Shown here: positions 8,952 to 18,269 of the stretch, one piece after another
How positions within the stretch are numbered: position 1 is the first letter of the stretch
How the letters are laid out: each line of letters starts with the position of its first letter
Origin: Candidatus Saccharimonadota bacterium
GTDB taxonomy: Bacteria; Patescibacteriota; Saccharimonadia; Saccharimonadales; SZUA-47
Assembly: GCA_003231925.1 (NCBI GenBank)
Contig: QIKK01000083.1
Coordinates: 1 to 37,474, forward strand
Length of the DNA stretch: 37,474 nucleotides
Reading direction: 5' to 3'
Notes under the pieces: generated by a model
The model's input: only the letters and a program-made list of their open reading frames with translations
Told to the model about the DNA's origin: nothing
Databases searched by the model: none
Made by a program: the position numbers and the translations under genes

Positions 8952-9524
8952 ATGGTTACGCTTACTAATCAGAGTAGCAGTGCAGAAGTATTAGATGGTT
9001 TATTAAAAGACCAAGAAAATCCGTCTTCTAATCAGAACGCAGAATATTGGTTTGGCAGTACCACATATCGCGGACAGTCATTTACTACTGGGACTGATAC
9101 TTTAAATATTAAGGATTATAAGTTATATATGAAGTATAGAAGTGGAACTTCAAATATTTTATACTGCGATATTTATGTTTCAAGTAATGATAAACCAACT
9201 GGTAATAGTTTAGGACAAGCTAGTATTACTGCAATCTCCAATACATCGTTTGCTTGGTATAAGTTCACATTTTCTTCAGCTATAATTTTGAGTGCTTCAA
9301 CTAAATATGTTGCTGTTGTAAGTTCTCCCTTGTCAGCCTCTAATGCTTATATTATGGGTGGTGACACATTGGAATCATACAACAATGGTAAAACAGCAGG
9401 GTCAACAGACAGTGGGACAACTTGGACTGTAAATGATGGTGATTTAATTTTTGAAACATATACATATATTTATGGTATATCCAATCAACCCCTAAACACC
9501 ACCACCCTAACAAACCAAACATGA
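8952..9524 (+). CDS. hypothetical structural protein
   Basis: 190-aa ORF with an ATGA overlap to the next gene. Confidence 0.55.
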   Translation: MVTLTNQSSSAEVLDGLLKDQENPSSNQNAEYWFGSTTYRGQSFTTGTDTLNIKDYKLYMKYRSGTSNILYCDIYVSSNDKPTGNSLGQASITAISNTSFAWYKFTFSSAIILSASTKYVAVVSSPLSASNAYIMGGDTLESYNNGKTAGSTDSGTTWTVNDGDLIFETYTYIYGISNQPLNTTTLTNQT

Positions 9525-10942
9525 GAATATTTAGCCTAATGACAAAAGACTACCTTACTGGAATAGCTTCTGGTGCTCATATTGAGCGTGGTGGTATCTG
9601 GCATAAGGCAGAGGGTATCAACCCATTCGTCAACCCACGACAAGAGAGTGTGGACACAGGGCTGTTGCAGACCTGCTCAGCGCCAACAGAGGTTACAGGT
9701 GGTGTGGGTGGTACACCACTCTCAACCGCCACACGAGTAACAGGTGCTAATGCTGGCACAACATACATAGGCACATCTCTTGGAGTATCACAGATAGATA
9801 TGTCGGCAGATAACAACGCCACAAGTACACTTACTGTAGCGAATATGACAAATGGGCTAGAATTATTTCAATCAAGAGGTGCAACAGCGGAATACTTATA
9901 CTACTGGCAGACTACACAGATTGGACGTTACGGCGACTTAAACGGCACACCAACTGCAACAGACGCTTGGGTTACAGGGCTACAAGACACAAGCTATCAT
10001 CCAACACATAAGATGTGGGACGAGATATACTACGGTAACAAGGATAGGATTGGGCAGATTAAAGATGACGGAGCAGGTGGGCAGACTCATTCAGCTAATG
10101 TGATTGACTTTGAAAGTAACATGCTTGTAACAGCACTTGATGATGATGGGCAATTTTTAGTGGTAGGACTTTCCACCAACCAAGGCGATAACAACATATA
10201 CGGACATTCACTTGTACGCTTCTGGAAGATAAACTCTTCTTCTTGGTCTTATGAGTGGGCTATTCCAGAAGCAAACATCATTGCTATCAAACGAGTAGGA
10301 ACAGCAATGTATGCACTCTGCCCTTATGGACTTTATATATTTAACAGGTCTACAGCACCACGGCTAGTACGTTCTTTTAAAGACAATGCACCATTTGGTA
10401 TGCACAACGCCTTATCAAGTTTAGGTGACTCGGTAGTAAACGGCACAGGAGCCAATGCTACACTAGGTTTTTACGGTAGGATACTACCAGATGTACCTAC
10501 TGCATATCACGAGTTGTATAGTGGCGGATCAGGAGCTGTAACGCTAGTAGACGCAACTATAAAGAATAATAGGGTATTCGTAGGTACAAACACTCCAAAG
10601 CTCTACAGGTACGATATTTCAACAGGTGGAGCTACTGGTACAGCTGAAACGGTATATATTGCACTTAGGGAACGGTATGACATAAGTAGAATAGAAGTTA
10701 TCCTAGGAGAGCCACTAGCGAGTGGTGATAGTTTGAATATAGACGTGCAGTCAGATGAAGATAACGTAGCCACAGACTGGGGGACAATATCGTTTGCTCT
10801 TCACGGTGCTAAAAAGCGAATAGCCTTGGAAAAGAAAAAGGACAACGTAGATAACTTGAAACTAATCTTCAACTTTAACGCAGGTAATGTGAAGATAAAG
10901 CAAGTGAATATTTACGGAGATAAACGAAATAAAAATGGTTAA
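9521..10942 (+). CDS. hypothetical tail-associated protein
   Basis: 473-aa ORF immediately upstream of a fibre gene. Confidence 0.55.
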   Translation: MRIFSLMTKDYLTGIASGAHIERGGIWHKAEGINPFVNPRQESVDTGLLQTCSAPTEVTGGVGGTPLSTATRVTGANAGTTYIGTSLGVSQIDMSADNNATSTLTVANMTNGLELFQSRGATAEYLYYWQTTQIGRYGDLNGTPTATDAWVTGLQDTSYHPTHKMWDEIYYGNKDRIGQIKDDGAGGQTHSANVIDFESNMLVTALDDDGQFLVVGLSTNQGDNNIYGHSLVRFWKINSSSWSYEWAIPEANIIAIKRVGTAMYALCPYGLYIFNRSTAPRLVRSFKDNAPFGMHNALSSLGDSVVNGTGANATLGFYGRILPDVPTAYHELYSGGSGAVTLVDATIKNNRVFVGTNTPKLYRYDISTGGATGTAETVYIALRERYDISRIEVILGEPLASGDSLNIDVQSDEDNVATDWGTISFALHGAKKRIALEKKKDNVDNLKLIFNFNAGNVKIKQVNIYGDKRNKNG

Positions 10943-13367
10943 TAAAAAACGGGGAGAACAAACACCAGTGGACATGAAATATGACGAGCCACAACACATT
11001 CTCAATCCAGTTAATGATTTAGAGAGTGGCTTTACTGAAATGGAGTTTAATAAAGTGCCAGAGGGAATACAGTCAAATAATTACTCATCAGGTAGTGCAG
11101 GGTGGAGAATAGACAAAGACGGTAACATTTATGCTAATTCAGGTACGTTTAGTGGTGCTTTAATTGCAGGAGAGTTACACATACCAGATAGAGATACTAC
11201 AGCTAACTCATTCCATGTTGCTACTGACGGTAACGCATGGTGGGGTGCTACTGAAACAGATTTTAACTTAGATAATAGTAATGCTACTGCTTATGTTCTT
11301 AAGACAGGAGTGGCGAAGTTTAAAAGCGTAACACTTGATACAAATGTCACACTTTCGGGATTACAAGCTGGTTCAGCAATAGACGGGCAATATTTAGATG
11401 CGTTGTCGGTTGCTAGTGCTTCTGTTGCCTCAAGTGCAATATCAACAGCTAAGATAGCAACTGACGCTGTGACACAAGCAAAAATAGCGGCACTTGCAGT
11501 TGGCTCTACTGAATTAGCAGCGGGAGCGGTTATCGCAGGTAAAATAACAGCCGGAACAATAGTAACTGGTGATATTGCCTCAAATACTATAACTGCAGCG
11601 AATATAGCAGCACTAACTATAACTGCTAGTGAATTAGCTACAGACTCTGTAACGGCAGCTAAGATAGTTGCAGGAACTATTACTGCTACTGAAATGACTA
11701 TTGCACAATTATCTGCCATAAACGCAGACATGGGAGCAATAACAGCAGGTACAATCACATTACCTAGTGGTGGTCATATTAAAAGTGGGCAAACAGCGTA
11801 TGAAACAGGAATTGGTTTTTATCTCGGCAATGATAGTGGTACTGTTGTGTTTTCTATGGGTAACTCAACAGACTACTTCAAATGGGACGGTACATCTGTG
11901 AAGATACTTGCAAGCGGTGTAAACGCCATAACCATTGATTATGGCTCTGATATTCTCTTAAAAGAGGGTGGGGACATTAAGTTTACTTCTGTAACAGCAC
12001 CAACGGCTTTAACATCAGCACTCATCACATCAGCAGGAAATGTAGACGCAGGAACACATACTTATAAAGTTACTTATGTAAATGATAGTGGTGGGACGGA
12101 ACAAGGAGGAGCCTCAAACACAGTGACTAACGACGCTTCAAATGCTCAAAATGCTTTAACAAATATTCCAGTTAGCACATCTGGTTCGGTAACTTCTAGG
12201 AAGATATATAGGACAAAAGCTGGGGGTACAAGTTATTTTTTACTTACTACGATTGCAAATAACACGGCTACAACTTATACAGATAATACTGCGGATAGTG
12301 GTTTGACAGGAAATGGTACTTCAATAAGTGAAAATAATAGTTTTGGAAAAATTAAGATAGATGATGTTAGTGTTTTTAGTATAGGAACTAAAAATACCTT
12401 CGTTGGAGAAAATAGTGGGATTTCAAATACAGCGGGCGTTAGAAATGCTGGATTAGGTAATTATGCATTAGTTTCTAACATAGCAGGTTATAACAATACT
12501 GCTCTTGGTAATAATTCTTTGAACCAAAATACAATAGGTTGGAGCAATACGGGAGTTGGTTATACTGCGCTAGTTAGAAATACAACTGGTAGTTATAATA
12601 CTGCTCTTGGTGCTTGGGCATTAGAATCAAGTGTAACAGGTTTTAATAATATTGGACTTGGATATTTTGCTGGGTCTAAAGCCACTGGTTCAAACGAACT
12701 CTACATAGACAACCAACCACGAGCATCAAACGCAGTAGAAAAAACAAACTCCATAATCTACGGAGTAATGGCTTCTACACCCGCAAGTCAGACTCTTACA
12801 GTTAATGCTTTATTAAAGGTAAATGGAGACGAAACACTAGACGGTACATTAAGTATAAAAGAACAAGCTAGTGCTAATGCTGACGTTGCAGGGTATGGAC
12901 AACTATGGGTTAAAATAGCTACACCAAATGAATTGTGGTTTACTGATGACGCAGGAAATGATAGAGAAATAGGAAGTGAAAATGCACAGACGAAAAATGT
13001 AGAAGTAGTCCTTACAGACAACAGCACAGCTCCGACAGTAGTAGATGGATTGGGAGATATGTACTTCATAGTACCAGCAGAATTAGATGGTATGAACCTT
13101 GTATCAGTTGGCGCTCATGCGACAACAGTGTCATCATCAGGGCTTCCGTCATTTCAAATACACAACCTTTCAAATGCCCTAGATATGTTGAGTACAAATA
13201 TAACCTTAGATGTAAGTGAAAAAGATTCTGCAACAGCAACTACCCCAGCAGTAATAAATACATCTAATGACCATATAAATACAGGAGATGAAATAAGATT
13301 TGACTGTGATGTAGTCGGCACAGGGGCAAAAGGAATTACTATTAGACTTGGTTTTAGAACACCTTAG
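10935..13367 (+). CDS. tail fibre / receptor-binding protein 1
   Basis: 810 aa. It has a long A/I/T-rich repeat run (AKIA..AGTITA..), then NTAxGxxAL-type repeats like those of YadA-head/Hep_Hag domains. Confidence 0.7.
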   Translation: MVNKKRGEQTPVDMKYDEPQHILNPVNDLESGFTEMEFNKVPEGIQSNNYSSGSAGWRIDKDGNIYANSGTFSGALIAGELHIPDRDTTANSFHVATDGNAWWGATETDFNLDNSNATAYVLKTGVAKFKSVTLDTNVTLSGLQAGSAIDGQYLDALSVASASVASSAISTAKIATDAVTQAKIAALAVGSTELAAGAVIAGKITAGTIVTGDIASNTITAANIAALTITASELATDSVTAAKIVAGTITATEMTIAQLSAINADMGAITAGTITLPSGGHIKSGQTAYETGIGFYLGNDSGTVVFSMGNSTDYFKWDGTSVKILASGVNAITIDYGSDILLKEGGDIKFTSVTAPTALTSALITSAGNVDAGTHTYKVTYVNDSGGTEQGGASNTVTNDASNAQNALTNIPVSTSGSVTSRKIYRTKAGGTSYFLLTTIANNTATTYTDNTADSGLTGNGTSISENNSFGKIKIDDVSVFSIGTKNTFVGENSGISNTAGVRNAGLGNYALVSNIAGYNNTALGNNSLNQNTIGWSNTGVGYTALVRNTTGSYNTALGAWALESSVTGFNNIGLGYFAGSKATGSNELYIDNQPRASNAVEKTNSIIYGVMASTPASQTLTVNALLKVNGDETLDGTLSIKEQASANADVAGYGQLWVKIATPNELWFTDDAGNDREIGSENAQTKNVEVVLTDNSTAPTVVDGLGDMYFIVPAELDGMNLVSVGAHATTVSSSGLPSFQIHNLSNALDMLSTNITLDVSEKDSATATTPAVINTSNDHINTGDEIRFDCDVVGTGAKGITIRLGFRTP

Positions 13368-13371
13368 TATT

Positions 13372-14010
13372 ATGGCAATAGCATTTGGAGCAATATCATC
13401 AGTATCAACGTTACAGACACCAACATCTGTAAGTGTTAGTGGTTCGGACACCGTAGGTATTGTTCATGTAAGTGATGGGACTGGTGTCTCAAATGAAATT
13501 ACAGCTGTAACTTGGGACGGTGTATCAATGACTAAAATTGGTGAGGTTCAAACTCCTGGAGCTAGGTGGCAAAGTGTATGGTGGATTGTTAACCCAACCA
13601 GTTCAGCAACTATTTCATTTACAGGAGGGAGTTACTGGAGAAGTTTTAACAGTTATTATACTGGCGCTCATCAGACTGCACCTATTGACTCAAGTAATAC
13701 TGGAACTAGCTCAGCATCTACTTTTCTGTCTATTTCTACAACAGTAGTTGTTAGTGGTTGTTGGCTTATAATGGTTCAAGCAGATAGTACTGGAGGTAAG
13801 ACTTACTCTGCCTCTAATGATATAAGCATAATGAGAGCAAATGCAGATGCAGGTGGGATTGCCTCAGCAGATAGTAATGGAACTGTTGCAACAGGAAGTA
13901 GGACAGCAACATTAACAGCTACGGGTAGTACAACACATGCAGGTATTACTTTTTCACTAGCACCAGCACCAGTCGTCTCAACATTTATTCCTAAAGTAAT
14001 AATATTTTAA
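13372..14010 (+). CDS. hypothetical S/T-rich protein downstream of the fibre gene
   Basis: ATG 13372 follows stop 13367. Track start 13348 is a TTG inside the previous gene. Confidence 0.55.
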   Translation: MAIAFGAISSVSTLQTPTSVSVSGSDTVGIVHVSDGTGVSNEITAVTWDGVSMTKIGEVQTPGARWQSVWWIVNPTSSATISFTGGSYWRSFNSYYTGAHQTAPIDSSNTGTSSASTFLSISTTVVVSGCWLIMVQADSTGGKTYSASNDISIMRANADAGGIASADSNGTVATGSRTATLTATGSTTHAGITFSLAPAPVVSTFIPKVIIF

Positions 14011-14013
14011 AAT

Positions 14014-14124
14014 ATGAAAGAAATATACAAACTATACAAACTAGCACGAGAGAACATTACGGTGTTTTTATTGATTATCATAATTGCGTTGCAAATGCAA
14101 GTTTTGTTAGCCTTAATGGTATAA
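14014..14124 (+). CDS. possible 36-aa membrane peptide
   Basis: MKEIYKLYKLARENITVFLLIIIIALQMQVLLALMV has a hydrophobic C-terminal half. It is below the track size cutoff. Confidence 0.3.
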   Translation: MKEIYKLYKLARENITVFLLIIIIALQMQVLLALMV

Positions 14125-14125
14125 T
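14117..14125 (+). promoter_or_regulatory. extended -10 box TGGTATAAT, 9 nt upstream of ATG 14135
   Basis: Same 9-mer as at 208..216. Confidence 0.35.
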
Positions 14126-14134
14126 ATAAATAAT

Positions 14135-14338
14135 ATGAAAAATCAAACACTACAAGATATGGTTAACATACTTATTGCTAAAGAGCAAAAGTTATATGAA
14201 AAAGCTGATATAGGTAGGTTACTTTTTATAAACTTTCCGAACAAGAAAAATCTTTTCCTTAAAAGAATAGCAGTGTGGATATTGAATAAGAATGGTGCTG
14301 TTATAGATACTAAATATTTCAATTTAAAACAAAAATAA
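14135..14338 (+). CDS. hypothetical small protein
   Basis: 67-aa ORF in a very AT-rich island inside the structural arm. Confidence 0.45.
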   Translation: MKNQTLQDMVNILIAKEQKLYEKADIGRLLFINFPNKKNLFLKRIAVWILNKNGAVIDTKYFNLKQK

Positions 14339-14339
14339 T

Positions 14340-16571
14340 ATGTCACACAGAAATAAAAGTTATACATTAGTGCCTAAAAGTAGGGCAAAGGTTGGCGATG
14401 TAAAATCTGTGTCTAAAGGTGGTACTAGGAGATATTGGACTGCTCGTGATCTTGGTACAAAAAGTAGCTCCACAAGTAGTACTACAAGTAGTTCCACAAA
14501 TAGTAAGTCTACTTCATCAGGGCAGACTGTAAAAAGAAGTGGAAAATTCTATGATTACAAGGATGGCAGGTGGTATCTTAGTGGTACAACAACAAAAGCA
14601 ATAGGCGGTAGTCTTATAAATAGACTTAACACTGAACGTCGTAGAGGAAACTTTGTAACGCCTCCAAAGAAAAAGAGTTTTAGTATAGAAGATTTCAATA
14701 CAGCTGTCGTAAACAATGACACGGCAACTTTACAGAAAATGGGTGTAAAAACTACTGCGCCAAAACGTACTTCTCAATTGGCGCAACTAGCGCAAGCTAA
14801 GAAAGATTTGCAAAAATTGCAATCTACTTTTGATGCTAAAAAAGTTGCAAAGCAAAATAAAGATGCAACCGATTTTGCTAATAAAAATAACCAACCTACC
14901 ACTGGTATTATTTCTAATAAAAGAAATCCTAATTTTAGTTTTGCCTCGAATAAATTATCTCTATCTAACCCGTCAATAGTTGACTTTTTAAATAAACAAG
15001 GTAAGCCTAGTGACTTTAGTACTAGAGCACAAATGGCACAGCAAGCTGGTATACAAAACTATACTGGAACAGCAAGTCAGAATACACAATTACTTAATTC
15101 TCTTAGGCAAACTCCTGTACAGCAACCAGTTACACAAGCTCCTGTACAGCAACCGACTACACAAGCTCCTGTACAGCAACCGACTACACCTTTACCGTCT
15201 ATTGCAAGTCTTCCACAATTTCCTACAACGAAAATAGAGATACCAAATATAAATGCAGACATAGGTACTATTCCTTTAACATCATTACAACAGCCACAAC
15301 AACCCATAACTTTACCAGAAGCAAATGTGCAAGTACCAACAGTTGAACCAGTAGATGTAAACCAATTTATAACAAATTATTCTGATTTATTTAAGCAAGA
15401 TAATGCATTGCAAGATAAACTTGCACAAGAGCAAACAGTTTTTGAAGGTCTTACTGGTCAAGCATTATCACAAGAACAACGAAGAGCACAGCTTGAACAG
15501 CAAGCAGGAGTTGGTAATAAACGAGGTCAGGTACAGGACTTAGTTAATCAGTTGAGGAACATGAACACACAGGCTCAACAGGCTAGTCTTACTGCTGAAG
15601 ATAGACTTGCTCCAACTTTTGCTATTACTGGAGAACAGGCAGCGATTGAACGACAACGTACTGTTAAGGCATTAGGTAAATCGGCACAAATAGAAGCAAT
15701 CAATGGAAACTTATCATCAGCACTTGACTTGGTAGACAGGCAAGTACAGGCTGAATTTGTGCCACTACAGGCTCAACTTGAAACGTCTAGAATGAGACTT
15801 GACTCTATACGTGAACAAATATCAAATGATAATTCTAAAAGAGGAAAAGCTATTACGTTAGCACTTGATGAAAAAGCACGTCTGATAGATAAACAAGAAA
15901 AGCAACTAAAAACATGGAAACAAGACAGGAAAGATATACAAATCTTGGCATTGAACGCTGCACAAAATGGAGCAGATAATTTAACACTAAAGGCTATACA
16001 AGAAGCGGGTTCTATTGAAGAAGCAATACAACGTGGTGGTACATTTGTGCTGGACCCTAAAGACTTGCAAAAACAGCGACAAGTGGACCAGTCAATGCAA
16101 CTTCAACAATATCAAGTAGAACTACAACGTACTGAATTACAAAGTAAGTTACAGCAACAGCTTATAAATAATGGCTTAAATAAATATCAGGCTAATCTTG
16201 CCGCAACTGAATTACAGAATAAAATGGAAAATGATAGATACAAACTGCAACTAATTGGTAAAGAAACACAATCACAGATAGCCCTAAGAGAAGCACAAAC
16301 GGCTGACATATTAAGGCAGTATGGACTTGATGCAACCAAGGTTAATTTACTAGCAAAGGAATTAAATGCGAAGATAAGTTTGGATAATAGAAAACTCAAT
16401 CAAGATATTAGTTCACCGAAAGTGACTAGTTCACCCAAAGTGACTGCTACTGCACTCAAGCAGTTTATAAATACACAGATAGCTACACCAGAGTTTCAAG
16501 CACTTTCTCCTGAAGATCAACAGCTTTATATTCGTTCACAAGGTGGTGACCCATATAGTTTTGGATTTTAA
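14340..16571 (+). CDS. large Q-rich coiled-coil virion protein (internal/ejection or tape-measure-like)
   Basis: 743 aa with an S/T-rich tract, PVQQPxTQA tandem repeats and long Q/E/K/L helical stretches. Confidence 0.55.
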   Translation: MSHRNKSYTLVPKSRAKVGDVKSVSKGGTRRYWTARDLGTKSSSTSSTTSSSTNSKSTSSGQTVKRSGKFYDYKDGRWYLSGTTTKAIGGSLINRLNTERRRGNFVTPPKKKSFSIEDFNTAVVNNDTATLQKMGVKTTAPKRTSQLAQLAQAKKDLQKLQSTFDAKKVAKQNKDATDFANKNNQPTTGIISNKRNPNFSFASNKLSLSNPSIVDFLNKQGKPSDFSTRAQMAQQAGIQNYTGTASQNTQLLNSLRQTPVQQPVTQAPVQQPTTQAPVQQPTTPLPSIASLPQFPTTKIEIPNINADIGTIPLTSLQQPQQPITLPEANVQVPTVEPVDVNQFITNYSDLFKQDNALQDKLAQEQTVFEGLTGQALSQEQRRAQLEQQAGVGNKRGQVQDLVNQLRNMNTQAQQASLTAEDRLAPTFAITGEQAAIERQRTVKALGKSAQIEAINGNLSSALDLVDRQVQAEFVPLQAQLETSRMRLDSIREQISNDNSKRGKAITLALDEKARLIDKQEKQLKTWKQDRKDIQILALNAAQNGADNLTLKAIQEAGSIEEAIQRGGTFVLDPKDLQKQRQVDQSMQLQQYQVELQRTELQSKLQQQLINNGLNKYQANLAATELQNKMENDRYKLQLIGKETQSQIALREAQTADILRQYGLDATKVNLLAKELNAKISLDNRKLNQDISSPKVTSSPKVTATALKQFINTQIATPEFQALSPEDQQLYIRSQGGDPYSFGF
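15114..15190 (+). repeat. 27-bp in-frame tandem repeat, about 2.9 copies (PVQQPxTQA)
   Basis: cctgtacagcaaccgactacacaagct is reiterated at 15114, 15141 and 15168. Confidence 0.85.
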
Positions 16572-16573
16572 TC

Positions 16574-18097
16574 ATGCAATCAGTAAGTGAATGGCAAAAA
16601 GGAATACAACCGTCTAACACTGGAAATACAGGTTTTCAGTCTGTTTCTGCTTGGCGGTCAACACGACCAACAACAACTAGACAGCAATTACAACCAGAAC
16701 TTTCATTCTTTGATAAATTAAAAGGGTTTGGAAGTAGTGCCTTAAGTGGTATTAAACAGATACCGAGCTATTTATCACAAAGTGTAAGAAACCCTATACA
16801 ATCAGGTGAGGGGGTGTTTAATACTGGTGTCGTTAAACCATTAGCTTTTCTAAATGAAATAGGTGTTTCATTGACCAAGAAGTTTGGAATAAAAACTAGT
16901 GAGCCAAGGAATGTATTTGCAGAAGCTTCGAAAGCTATCGATGAACTCAAAAGGAGCGACAACCAACAAAAGGCATATGACACAGGTTCTTTTTTGGGGT
17001 ATATGATTCCGTTTAGTAAAGTTTCACAAGGTGCAAGACTCGGACTGGGTGCTTTAAAACTGACACCAAAAGTAGCGAAGTTTATACCTGCGATTGCAGA
17101 CACTGTGGGATTTTTAGGTACAGGACAGATACTATATGAAGAAGAAAATGGTTCGCGCGTTGACCAGTTAAAGAATGACACGATAGCACTTGCTTTGTTT
17201 ACTGGCGGTGGCTTCTTACTTAAACGTGGTTTGGCACTAAGACAAAACAAATTAAAAAATACTCTTTCAGAAAAGGCTAAAAAGGAAGTTACAGAAGTGA
17301 TGAAGCCAGTGGCGTCAACATTAGAAAGTGGTGGCAAAGTACCCTCTTCTGTTTTAGACGAAGCTGTAACAAAGGCAAATAGTGTTGTTATCAGAGATAC
17401 TGGTAAGACTACAAAGGAGTTACTACTAGACTCATTAGAGAAAAGAGCGAAGACATCAGTCAAAGAACTTAGGACACGTCCTGCTCTAAAGAATGAGCTT
17501 AGAGTTAAGCCAATAAAGACAAAGTCAGCACCCAAGATAAAAGAAGAGCCACTAAAAGTATTTTCAACTGAAAGCACATCAGGTCTTGCTAAAAGCATTA
17601 AACGAAAAGCTATCAAGTCTAAGATGATATTTGCGTTTGACAAACGTTTTAATGAGTTGCCAAAACTTGAAAGGCGTATAAAGAAAGAAGATATTAAAAA
17701 GACAGATGAGTTTACTGTCAACAACCCAAATGAAGCTTTTGTAGTGGCTATGGGGCGAAAACCAGCACCGGCAGGCATGTTGCCAGAAGATATGCTTGTG
17801 TCAGTTACCAACTATGCAAGTGCCACGGGAAACGTAGAAGTGATGCGAAAATTAGCCAACGAGTCTGGTTTATTGTTAGAAAGTAGGATTTTAGGGCAAA
17901 GAGTACAAGCCCTTTCACAACTTAATCCTGTTGCTAGAAAGTTGACTGAGGTAATAAAAGCTCATCAAGGTAAGGTTGTAAACTATGACAAAAGAGTAAA
18001 TTCTACAAGAAAGACTATCAAGAATGAAGTAAAGAAAAACAACCTATCAAAAGAAGATACAAATTGGAGTAAATTTTTGGATAGTATCGTATGTTAA
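16574..18097 (+). CDS. hypothetical large virion protein
   Basis: 507-aa K-rich ORF in the structural arm. Confidence 0.6.
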   Translation: MQSVSEWQKGIQPSNTGNTGFQSVSAWRSTRPTTTRQQLQPELSFFDKLKGFGSSALSGIKQIPSYLSQSVRNPIQSGEGVFNTGVVKPLAFLNEIGVSLTKKFGIKTSEPRNVFAEASKAIDELKRSDNQQKAYDTGSFLGYMIPFSKVSQGARLGLGALKLTPKVAKFIPAIADTVGFLGTGQILYEEENGSRVDQLKNDTIALALFTGGGFLLKRGLALRQNKLKNTLSEKAKKEVTEVMKPVASTLESGGKVPSSVLDEAVTKANSVVIRDTGKTTKELLLDSLEKRAKTSVKELRTRPALKNELRVKPIKTKSAPKIKEEPLKVFSTESTSGLAKSIKRKAIKSKMIFAFDKRFNELPKLERRIKKEDIKKTDEFTVNNPNEAFVVAMGRKPAPAGMLPEDMLVSVTNYASATGNVEVMRKLANESGLLLESRILGQRVQALSQLNPVARKLTEVIKAHQGKVVNYDKRVNSTRKTIKNEVKKNNLSKEDTNWSKFLDSIVC

Positions 18098-18267
18098 AAG
18101 AATTAAAATATCACATAATCGTCTGGGGAATAATAGTTGTATTTGTTGTACTTAATTTTGGCGTACTTGGAGCATTAGAAGTGTTTGGAACATTAGTTTG
18201 GTATATTATAGTAGCGACTTTTATCGTAGCGACTGTCTTTTTATTAGGTTATCTTTTAAGTGAATAA
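18091..18267 (+). CDS. small two-TM membrane protein (putative)
   Basis: 58 aa: MLKELKYHIIVWGIIVVFVVLNFGVLGALEVFGTLVWYIIVATFIVATVFLLGYLLSE. It exactly fills the gap between flanking genes. Confidence 0.5.
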   Translation: MLKELKYHIIVWGIIVVFVVLNFGVLGALEVFGTLVWYIIVATFIVATVFLLGYLLSE

Positions 18268-18269
18268 TT

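Noticed and set aside
16768-17811. 347-aa ORF antisense to the 507-aa virion gene
   Set aside because: Its S/L/F-rich composition is the mirror image of a K/E-rich sense gene. It has no independent start context and would interrupt an otherwise tightly packed same-strand operon.
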